Positions 1 to 13,678 of a DNA stretch of 32,000 bases are shown in pieces (position 1 is the stretch's first letter; every line of letters begins with the position of its first letter). Below the pieces are notes generated by a model, which did no database searches, was not told the DNA's origin, and saw only the letters and a list, made by a program, of their open reading frames with translations. The translations under genes were made by a program, and so were the position numbers. Source of the stretch: Bifidobacterium longum subsp. longum JCM 1217. GTDB lineage: Bacteria > Actinomycetota > Actinomycetes > Actinomycetales > Bifidobacteriaceae. The stretch lies in contig NC_015067.1 in NCBI RefSeq assembly GCF_000196555.1, positions 1,530,001 to 1,562,000 on the forward strand, given 5' to 3'.

Positions 1-1538
<1,538 letters not shown>

Positions 1539-1639
1539 AACGCCCCATCGTAGCAATGTGCGAGGCCTAAGCGGCGAGGAACGCCCATGTTCACCCGTAT
1601 CGTGAGATTATCGTGCGTGATGTGGGTTCGTGATACAGG

Positions 1640-1933
1640 TTATTGACGCACGCCAAATGCCCGAGCGGTCTCATCGATAATCGGCATGTCATGCACGGCG
1701 ACGTGACTCACTTCGGACCATCGCGGGCCAATGGCTAATTGCTCAACCAAGGCTTGCACTGCGTCGCTGCTGCCTTGTGCTTCCAGCTCAACCGAGCCAT
1801 CGCGGCAATTACGCACCCAGCCCCGTACACCAAGCCGACGTGCCTGAGTCACCGTAAAATAACGGAATCCCACGCCTTGCACCAGTCCGGTGACCACTAT
1901 ATGTTTGCGGACCAAATTCGCCGATTGCCTCAT
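1640..1933 (-). CDS. acyP: acylphosphatase
   Basis: The 97-aa product carries the acylphosphatase signature VTGLVQGVGFRYF...LGVRGWVRNCRDGSVE. Its ATG is 12 nt downstream of the FGGY kinase stop. Confidence 0.85.
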   Translation of the reverse strand: MRQSANLVRKHIVVTGLVQGVGFRYFTVTQARRLGVRGWVRNCRDGSVELEAQGSSDAVQALVEQLAIGPRWSEVSHVAVHDMPIIDETARAFGVRQ

Positions 1934-1945
1934 GATGCTCAGTTC

Positions 1946-3421
1946 CTAATCCATCGTTCGCAGCATTGGGTAGAGGCTCAGGAATCGCCGGTATGCGTCG
2001 GCATATGTGCGTGCGGTGTCAGGATTCGGCTGGTATACAGTGCATTCGCATACTGATTGCAGCAGGTCTGGTACATTGAATACCAACGAGGCCATTGCCA
2101 CTGCTGGCAGAATATCGGCATTGGCGAACACTTCAATAGGATGCTCCAACACATCGGCCAGAATCTGGCACCACGCATTTTCTCTGGCTCCGCCGCCAAT
2201 CAGGGAAATCTCGGTGGGTTTGGCGTCAAAACTTTCCATACCTTGACGAATGGAGAAGGCCACACCCTCAAGCGCGGCACGCATCATGTCTGCCTTGGCG
2301 GTGTCTGGATCGAGGCCCACATAGGCACCGCGAATATTCGGATTCATAACAGGGAATCGCTCCCCCACCAGATATGGCAGGCATAGCACACCGTTGGAGC
2401 CGGGTTTGGATGTTTCGATAAGACGATGCGCCTCTACGTAATCGCCATCGGAGAATACGCCGGTAACCCATTTATGCACGTCACCGGCGTTGAGGAATGG
2501 CACGGCATTCACGAAGCCTTCTTCCACGCCAAATGCCAGATTCGCAGCACCTGGCTTGTCAGTGAACGGCTCGGGCGAAACGGTGGCGATCCAGCCTGAG
2601 GTGCCGATATTGATGTTGTATTGACCAGGGTGGCTGACACCGCTGGCAAGTGTGGTGGCACCCGCGTCTCCAATGCCCGCGTATACCGCAGTTCCGGCGG
2701 AAAAACCGGTGCGTTGTGCAGCGGATTCCGTCACTGTGCCAATGTTGTCTTGCGGATTGTGCAGGTGTGGCAATATGGTCATGTCGATTCCTGCGACCTC
2801 GCATAATTCGGCATTCCACTGGCCATTACGGATATTCATGGCCCCAGCTGTGGAACACGCCGCCACATCGCCCACGCATTCGCCAGTTAATTGGGCGATC
2901 AAGTAGTCCTTGGAACTGATCAATACATGACGAATGCGCGCGTACGTTTCCGGCTCGTGTTCACGCAGCCACATCAACTTGGGCAACGGCAAGCAGCCTT
3001 CGAGCCGGTTACCAACGGTGTTCAGGAAACGTTCTGCACCGCCCTGATATGTCTCGGCGAGTTGCTTGGCCTGTTCCTCGGCTCGGCCATCCGAATACAG
3101 AATGGCATTGCGGACGGGATTGAGCTCGCCGTTCAAAGCAATAACATCCTGCATCTGACCGCTGAAAATGATGCCACGAATGCGAGTCACATTGAATTCT
3201 GACTCGGATTGCCGCGCCTGCTCAATCATGTGCCTGGAGGCCGAGCAGAAAGCTTGCCACCATTGATCGGGGCTCTGCTCCCGATAGTCGCCGTTGATAA
3301 TAAGGTCAAGTTCGCTACTCGCACTAGCTACAATGCAACCCTGCCCATTAACTAAGGCACCCTTCAACGCCGTGGTCCCCGCATCAAATGCAGCCACATA
3401 TTCCGTAGTCATATCGTTCAT
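1946..3421 (-). CDS. FGGY-family carbohydrate kinase (xylulokinase/gluconokinase-like, substrate unknown)
   Basis: The N-terminal phosphate-1 motif AAFDAGTTALKG, the later GTSGW and the C-terminal LIGGGA are typical of FGGY kinases. The track ORF start (3460) is a TTG. The first ATGs are at 3421 (MNDMTTEY) and 3412. Confidence 0.85.
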   Translation of the reverse strand: MNDMTTEYVAAFDAGTTALKGALVNGQGCIVASASSELDLIINGDYREQSPDQWWQAFCSASRHMIEQARQSESEFNVTRIRGIIFSGQMQDVIALNGELNPVRNAILYSDGRAEEQAKQLAETYQGGAERFLNTVGNRLEGCLPLPKLMWLREHEPETYARIRHVLISSKDYLIAQLTGECVGDVAACSTAGAMNIRNGQWNAELCEVAGIDMTILPHLHNPQDNIGTVTESAAQRTGFSAGTAVYAGIGDAGATTLASGVSHPGQYNINIGTSGWIATVSPEPFTDKPGAANLAFGVEEGFVNAVPFLNAGDVHKWVTGVFSDGDYVEAHRLIETSKPGSNGVLCLPYLVGERFPVMNPNIRGAYVGLDPDTAKADMMRAALEGVAFSIRQGMESFDAKPTEISLIGGGARENAWCQILADVLEHPIEVFANADILPAVAMASLVFNVPDLLQSVCECTVYQPNPDTARTYADAYRRFLSLYPMLRTMD

Positions 3422-3530
3422 CGTAGCGCTGAAAAAAAAAGAATCATTCTTTGCCAGCAAAACGCGGCTTATTGCATCGTCTTGTTTCTAGAATGGGAAA
3501 TTGAACGAATACTACGACTAGTGAGGCATT

Positions 3531-4358
3531 ATGGCAATTCAATCGACAATCATGCTGAACAACGGCACTGTCATCCCGCAGGTGGGCTTGGGCGTATTCC
3601 AGACACCGGATGGTGATACTACAGTGAACGCGGTGCAGACGGCTCTGGAGAATGGCTACCGCCATATCGATACCGCAATGATTTACCACAACGAGGCTTC
3701 AGTGGGTGAAGGTATTCGCCGTGCTGGTGTGCCGCGCAGCGATTTCTTCTTGACCACCAAGCTGTGGAATGACGATATTCGCGCACGCCGCGGCAAGGAT
3801 GCATTCCAAGAAAGCCTCGACCGCTTGGGCGTGGATTATGTGGATCTGTATCTGATTCACTGGCCGGCAGACGGCTGGCAGCAGGCATGGGACGACTTGC
3901 AGGAGATTTATGCCTCCGGCCGCGCCAAGGCCATTGGCGTCAGCAACTTCCAAAAGCATCATATCGATGAGCTACTGACCCATAGCGATGTGGTGCCTGC
4001 TGTAGACCAGGTTGAGTCTTCCCCACAATTCACCAATCAAGAGCTTATTGGCCAGCTGCGTGCCAAGGGCATTCACACTGAAGCTTGGAGTCCGCTCGGC
4101 GGCACCGGCGGTAACCTACTCAGCAACCCAGTACTGGCCGGAATCGGTGCCAAGTACGGCAGGTCTGCTGCACAGGTAGTGATTCGTTGGCACATCCAGC
4201 GCGGCATCGTCGTGCTTCCCAAGTCCACTCATGCCGAGCGCATCAAGCAGAACTTCGAGGTCTTCGACTTCAACCTATCGGTCGATGATATGACCGCCAT
4301 CTCCGCCATCAACACCGGCAAGCGCAACGGTGCTGATCCGGACAATTTCAATTTCTAG
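3531..4358 (+). CDS. aldo/keto reductase (DkgA/YvgN-like)
   Basis: The 275-aa product contains the AKR catalytic tetrad contexts HIDTAMIYHNE (D,Y), TTKLW (K) and LIHWP (H). A GAGG Shine-Dalgarno lies 5 nt upstream of the ATG. Confidence 0.9.
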   Translation: MAIQSTIMLNNGTVIPQVGLGVFQTPDGDTTVNAVQTALENGYRHIDTAMIYHNEASVGEGIRRAGVPRSDFFLTTKLWNDDIRARRGKDAFQESLDRLGVDYVDLYLIHWPADGWQQAWDDLQEIYASGRAKAIGVSNFQKHHIDELLTHSDVVPAVDQVESSPQFTNQELIGQLRAKGIHTEAWSPLGGTGGNLLSNPVLAGIGAKYGRSAAQVVIRWHIQRGIVVLPKSTHAERIKQNFEVFDFNLSVDDMTAISAINTGKRNGADPDNFNF

Positions 4359-4381
4359 ACCTTTATCGGTCCAGATACGCA

Positions 4382-4417
4382 AAGAGGGAACTCTCCGTCA
4401 TTGGAGGGTTCCCTCTT
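4382..4417 (+). terminator. stem-loop downstream of the AKR gene
   Basis: AGAGGGAAC (4383-4391) pairs with GTTCCCTCT (4408-4416), with an inner TCTCC/GGAGG extension. TCTATATGCTTT follows. It sits between convergent transcription units. Confidence 0.5.
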
Positions 4418-4501
4418 CTATATGCTTTCGATTCGGCCACACCCTAGGTGCGAGAGCCTATGTCTTGTCGGTGTCTTGTCTTGTTGGTTTCGGGTATGCG
4501 A

Positions 4502-4533
4502 AAGCCCCTTGGGGCGTGTGCTCCAAGGGGCTT
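4502..4533 (-). terminator. rrn operon terminator hairpin
   Basis: The 11-bp perfect stem AAGCCCCTTGG / CCAAGGGGCTT has a 10-nt loop. It lies about 12 nt after the 5S 3' end and is followed on the minus strand by TTTCG. Confidence 0.5.
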
Positions 4534-4545
4534 CCTGTACGTGTG

Positions 4546-4663
4546 GTGCGGCGGCGTGCTACTCTCCCACACCCTGTCGGGTGCAGTACCATCGCCGTGC
4601 CAGGCCTTAGCTTCCGGGTTCGGAATGGGACCGGGCGTCTCACCTGGGCCATGGCCGCCGCAA
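4546..4663 (-). rRNA. rrf: 5S ribosomal RNA
   Basis: The minus strand reads ...GCGGCGGCCATGGCCCAGGTGAGACGCCCGGTCCCATTCCGAACCCGGAAGCTAAGGCCTGGCACGGCGATGGTACTGCACCCGACAGGGTGTGGGAGAGTAGCACGCCGCCGC. This includes the conserved CCGAAC and GGGAGAGTAGG-like boxes, and helix I closes GCGGCGGC/GCCGCCGC. Confidence 0.93.
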
Positions 4664-4832
4664 ATCTTCTCTTATACGGTCAGACGCTGGGGTCTGCCGG
4701 CCTGTGGCGGCCTGGGAACCGGACAGCGGACGCGGATATGTCGATGTTTCGTCTTGTGGCCAGACAATGCTCATTGCCGTCTGGTGTCGTTTGCAGGAGG
4801 AAGATGCGGTCCAACCGCCAGGGGTTGGAATG

Positions 4833-7900
<3,068 letters not shown>

Positions 7901-8327
7901 CCACGAAAGTGCATGGCCGCAAGATTCCTCTAGCAAATTCCCAGACGACAAATCATCACACTAAAAATGATCACAAAACGATCGAAACGAACAATAGAGT
8001 TCGATTCGAAATCAACAGCAAAACAAAGATTCAAAAACTCTTGTTTTGCTCGCGTCCACTATCCAGTTCTCAAGCCACCACGCACCGCCACGCCATCGCG
8101 CCGGCACACGGCCGGCCCCCAGGCACGACGGGCATCGAATCGCGCCAGGCAAAAAGCCTGGGGTGGCGATCCGGGAGCCCAAAAGCGCATCCATACCACC
8201 CCGGCACCCACCGCACGACCGGCAGGGCAAAGCCAACGACGTCTTCCACACCAGCAACCCCGCCGCCATCGCACCATGCGACGCGCGGGGCGCACACCGT
8301 CGGACGAACATCCGACTGAATTCTCCG

Positions 8328-9857
<1,530 letters not shown>

Positions 9858-10140
9858 AACTTCATGAAAAGCATCCGAATAGATGACTCTCAAAACAAAA
9901 AATTGACGAGCACGTCCTTAAGGAAGGACGCCCTCAAAAAACCTCACCCCTCATCAAACCCTCCCGGGTACCCAACCACCACGACAGGCAATCAGGCGAG
10001 GAATGAACTGGCAATCATTGACTATAAAGAAGTAGTACAAACACGCTCTTGAGTTCTCAAACCACCACCACTCACCCACCTCGCAGCTCCCCGGAGGAGA
10101 ACCACTCGCTGAGCGGCAGCAAGGAAATAACTTACACGCA

Positions 10141-10320
10141 TTCACGGACTCGCGCAAACCGGGCACGAAAAAACACGCCAGAATCGTTGCAACGACAGCG
10201 TTCCATCGGCGTGTCGAAATCAGCTTGAATCACGCCGTTACCATCAGGATACGCCGGCTTTTTATGGGGCTCACGTAACGAAATCAGATGTTCACCGGCG
10301 TGTCGCAACAATTTATTCCA
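10141..10320 (-). promoter_or_regulatory. rrn upstream leader with repeated boxes (candidate tandem promoter/antiterminator region, not resolved)
   Basis: The 10-mer CGGCGTGTCG occurs at 10207-10216 and 10297-10306, each in a similar about 20-nt context. AAATCAG is repeated at 10217-10223 and 10281-10287. I could not assign convincing -35/-10 hexamers. Confidence 0.25.
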
Positions 10321-10408
10321 CGTTCAACTCCCCTCAGTCCGATCACGCGGACGGCTCACCCGCAAAAAGCTCTCGTCCTTATGGCTCGACTATCGTCTCG
10401 CCTTCGTC

Positions 10409-10439
10409 TAAAAAAACAGTCCACCGGACTGTTTTTTTA
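10409..10439 (-). terminator. bidirectional intrinsic terminator between the GNAT gene and the rrn operon
   Basis: The perfect 14-nt arms TAAAAAAACAGTCC / GGACTGTTTTTTTA enclose a 3-nt loop. This gives a GC core stem flanked by an A7 tract and a T7 tract. It lies 37 nt downstream of the GNAT stop. Confidence 0.85.
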
Positions 10440-10475
10440 GACGCCTCAGCATCAAAGAGGGGAGCCAAAGGGGGA

Positions 10476-10976
10476 TTAGAAGGTCAGGCGCATCTGATGC
10501 CAGACCACGTCACCGTGAGTGGACTCCGAAATGCCCTCGTCCTCATACCCAAATTGCGCATAGAATCCGACCAGCCGATCTTTGCAGGTGAGCACCAGGC
10601 CTTTACGTCCAGCTGCACGAGTGTCTTCAATGACTTTCCTCATGAGTGTACTGGCGCAACCGCGATGCTGATACTTCGGCGCAGTATCCACGCCGAAAAT
10701 CATTTGCCAGTCACCTTGAGGGTTGTGCTGCGCGGCATCCTCGTACATGTCATCGGTCAAGTCACGCCGATCGGTCGCGAAACCGTTGATGAACGCCATG
10801 ACGATCTCGCCATCAATCAATAGCCAGAAACATTCCGGATAGGTCTCGATTCGGGCGCGCAGGGACGAGCGGTCGGCGGCCTCGGCGGCCGGGAAGCATT
10901 CGGATTCCATGGCGGCCAGCGCGTCCAGATCGTCGATGGTGGCGTGGCGGATTAACTGGGGATCAGAATCAGTCAT
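10476..10976 (-). CDS. GNAT-family N-acetyltransferase
   Basis: The 166-aa product has the acetyl-CoA binding region QHRGCASTLMRKVIEDTRAAGRKGLVL...FYAQFGY, typical of the GNAT fold. An AGAAGGA SD lies upstream of the ATG at 10976. Confidence 0.8.
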   Translation of the reverse strand: MTDSDPQLIRHATIDDLDALAAMESECFPAAEAADRSSLRARIETYPECFWLLIDGEIVMAFINGFATDRRDLTDDMYEDAAQHNPQGDWQMIFGVDTAPKYQHRGCASTLMRKVIEDTRAAGRKGLVLTCKDRLVGFYAQFGYEDEGISESTHGDVVWHQMRLTF

Positions 10977-11036
10977 GTTTTTGTCCTTCTCTTAACACTC
11001 CGTTGTGAGCAACTCTCCTCAATCACGCTTCGCGTG

Positions 11037-11065
11037 CTGGCTCCCCTCACCTTGAGGGGAGCCAG
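11037..11065 (-). terminator. 13-bp perfect hairpin after the oleate hydratase gene (no U-tract)
   Basis: CTGGCTCCCCTCA (11037-11049) pairs with TGAGGGGAGCCAG (11053-11065). The hairpin begins 8 nt after the ohyA stop codon. Confidence 0.55.
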
Positions 11066-11072
11066 ATGGATG

Positions 11073-12950
11073 TCAGATTACGCGGTATTCGCGTAACAGG
11101 GTGGCAATATCGGTGCCGTCGAGTTTCTTGAGCACCTTCTTGACCACGGCCTTTTCAATGAAGTTGAGCTTCATATCGGTGACCGGTGCACCGTCACGCA
11201 ATTTGACGGTGGCGTTGAGCAGGTTGCGCACGTCATAGACGCTACCCCACACTTCAGGCACGCCGCGGTCCACGCCGAGCAACGTGTAGACAGCTTCCAT
11301 ACCGGTGCGCATCGAGTATTCGGTGGTGAAAATCGTGTCGCGCGGGGTCTCGGCGAACTGGCCAAGGAATGCGAAGTTCACGGCACCATCGGGCACCACG
11401 TCCGGGCGGTCGCCGGCCGCGCGCGGCATGAAGAACGCGGTGATGTACGGCATCATGACCGGCACGGTGTTGGCGTGGTGCTTTGCGAGCGCCTCGATCT
11501 TGTCGGTCGGCACGCCCATGTGGTAAAGCCACTCCTCGCAAATCTCTTCACCGGTGCATTCGGTCATCGGCTTCTTCACATAGTTGCCGGGCTTGTCCGG
11601 GAACAGGCCGTAGACCCATACGCACAGCTGGTCCTTGGGCTGGTCGCGGAACTGCTGCTGGCGGTTCAGGGTCCAACTCATGAGCCAGTTGGAGTCCTGC
11701 ACGGTGACGATGCCGCCGGTGACGACCTTGCCGGAGAACGGGTCGCGCTTGCAGATCTTCTGGATGTACGGCGGAATCTCGCCGTCCAGGGTGGTGACGG
11801 TGGCGCTCATCCACTTGGTGGCATTCGGATCGGAGCAGAACTTCTCCGGATGGCCAAAGCTCGGGTCCTGGTCGGCGATACGCTTCCACATATCCCAGCC
11901 GCCACCGGGCTTCAGGTCTGGGTTCCATGCGGCGGGCGAGTTCTGGGAACCCATGGTGGAGTTCTCCACGCAACCGCCGTTGGTGATGAACACCAGATCG
12001 TTCTCGGTCAGGTCGATGGAGGATTTATCACCCTCGTGATCCACGTCGATGCGCACGGCAAGCTTCTTGGTGGGCGTGCTGGCAGGGTTGCGCTTGAAGA
12101 AGCCGGAGGTGGCCTGAATCTTCTGGATGGTGTCTTGGCCTACGCCGGTGTGCTCGCGCTTGGGGCCGGCTCCCCCGCCAATCGCGAATTCCACGTTCTC
12201 GACCTTGGTGTTGTAGCGGAATTCGACGCCGTGCGATTCCAGATACTTGACCATCGGCAGAATCATCGACTCGTACTGGTTGTAGCGGGTGAAACGCAGC
12301 GCGGAAAAGTCCGGCAGGCCTCCGATGTGATGAATGTAGCGCTTGATGTACAGCTTCATTTCCAGCGCGGAGTGCCAGTTTTCGAAGGCGAACATGGTGC
12401 GCCAGTACAGCCAGAAGTTGGAGTTCAGCACCTCATCATCGAAGAAATCGGTGATCGGCTTGTCATACAGGTCTTCGTCCGGGGTGAAGAACAGCTTCAT
12501 GATTTCCATCGAAGCCTTGTCGGACAGCCCGAACTTGCCCTTGAGCCCCGCGTCCTTGCCGAGATTCTTGGTGGCGCGGCACAGCGAGTAGTTCGGGTCC
12601 TCCTTGTTGAGCCAGTAGTACTCGTCGAGTACGCTGACGCCTTCGGTTTCGATGGAGGGAATCGAGCGGAACAGATCCCACATGACCTCGAAATGATTGT
12701 CCATTTCGCGGCCGCCACGCATCACATAGCCAAGGCCGGGAATATCAAGACCGTCACAGGCGCCGCCGGGTACCGGGTCCTTCTCAAGGATGTGGATGTT
12801 CTCGCCAGGCATCTGACCATCACGCACCAGATAACAGGCTGCAGACAATGCCGCCAGTCCGGTACCGATGATGTATGCATGCTTGTTGTCCACGTCGGCC
12901 GGCTTCTTCGGACGTGCGAAAGCCTCATAATTGCCGCTGCTGTAGTACAT
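11073..12950 (-). CDS. ohyA: oleate hydratase (myosin-cross-reactive antigen family, FAD-dependent fatty-acid hydratase)
   Basis: The 625-aa product starts MYYSSGNYEAFARPKKP...AYIIGTGLAALSAACYLVRDG...ILEK..VPGGACDG. That is the characteristic MCRA N-terminus with a GxGxxA FAD motif. An AGGAGG SD (12957-12962, minus strand) lies 6 nt upstream of the ATG. Confidence 0.92.
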   Translation of the reverse strand: MYYSSGNYEAFARPKKPADVDNKHAYIIGTGLAALSAACYLVRDGQMPGENIHILEKDPVPGGACDGLDIPGLGYVMRGGREMDNHFEVMWDLFRSIPSIETEGVSVLDEYYWLNKEDPNYSLCRATKNLGKDAGLKGKFGLSDKASMEIMKLFFTPDEDLYDKPITDFFDDEVLNSNFWLYWRTMFAFENWHSALEMKLYIKRYIHHIGGLPDFSALRFTRYNQYESMILPMVKYLESHGVEFRYNTKVENVEFAIGGGAGPKREHTGVGQDTIQKIQATSGFFKRNPASTPTKKLAVRIDVDHEGDKSSIDLTENDLVFITNGGCVENSTMGSQNSPAAWNPDLKPGGGWDMWKRIADQDPSFGHPEKFCSDPNATKWMSATVTTLDGEIPPYIQKICKRDPFSGKVVTGGIVTVQDSNWLMSWTLNRQQQFRDQPKDQLCVWVYGLFPDKPGNYVKKPMTECTGEEICEEWLYHMGVPTDKIEALAKHHANTVPVMMPYITAFFMPRAAGDRPDVVPDGAVNFAFLGQFAETPRDTIFTTEYSMRTGMEAVYTLLGVDRGVPEVWGSVYDVRNLLNATVKLRDGAPVTDMKLNFIEKAVVKKVLKKLDGTDIATLLREYRVI

Positions 12951-13155
12951 ATTCCGCCTCCTTGGGGCAGAGTTGACACTTCATCAACTCTTCTTGAATA
13001 GACATCATGTCGCATTATTGACGAACGCGCCATAGGCAACGTTCGGCGTTCTGCCGCATTCGCCAATACCTTGCATCTACGGTTTTCGAGGCCTATGTTG
13101 GCTGTTGGCTCATAACTATTGAAGGCATACAGGCATACTGAGGATGCGGGGTGCT

Positions 13156-13605
13156 TCACCGAACCGGATGATTGATAAGGTCCCGCTCAATCCATGCCAT
13201 GACCAAATCGGCAAGTCGGTTTACCTCCGCTTCGGCGAGTTCACGGCCTTTGGGCAGATGATGCCATTTTTCGATGCATCCGCGGCAGCATGTGGCGGTA
13301 GCATGCTGAGCGGTGAATACCGGATGGCCGCGCCATGGCGTCTGCCTGCCGTCGTTCTTCGGTTCGGCTGCGCCTATGCGGTCTCGCAACATTTCTCGCG
13401 CATGACGATCGATGGTCGCCTTGCCTTTGGTGCGGGCATAGGCTCGGTCTTTGTCGGTCAAAGCGAATTTGGCGCGGAACTGCGAATGAGACAGCCGTTC
13501 CAGCATCGTGGCAATCCATTGTTGCTCGTCATCGTTGTTACCAGTATCCGCCATCTCCATGCCCATACGTTCCACAGTAGTCGCGCACATCGTATGGTGG
13601 CACAC
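13156..13605 (-). CDS. DUF4186-domain protein
   Basis: The core KNDGRQTPWRGHPVFTAQHATATCCRGCIEKWHHLPKGRELAEAEV matches my memory of the DUF4186 signature (HPVFxAQHATATCCRxCLxKWH). The start is a GTG at 13605 with GAGGGAG 7 nt upstream. Internal ATG starts are possible. Confidence 0.7.
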   Translation of the reverse strand: MCHHTMCATTVERMGMEMADTGNNDDEQQWIATMLERLSHSQFRAKFALTDKDRAYARTKGKATIDRHAREMLRDRIGAAEPKNDGRQTPWRGHPVFTAQHATATCCRGCIEKWHHLPKGRELAEAEVNRLADLVMAWIERDLINHPVR

Positions 13606-13678
13606 GCCTTAGCTCCCTCTGATGAAGGAGCCCCCAGCAAAGCCAGGTGAGGGAGAGGCCAGGGGCGAAACCCGCCAA

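Noticed and set aside
11475-13001. 508-aa plus-strand ORF
   Set aside because: It is antisense to the oleate hydratase gene, which has full-length family similarity, an AGGAGG SD and an ATG. The antisense product is low-complexity.
13022-13045. Inverted repeat CGAACG-N12-CGTTCG about 70-95 nt upstream of ohyA as a possible operator
   Set aside because: The arms are only 6 bp and easily arise by chance. No regulator gene is adjacent.
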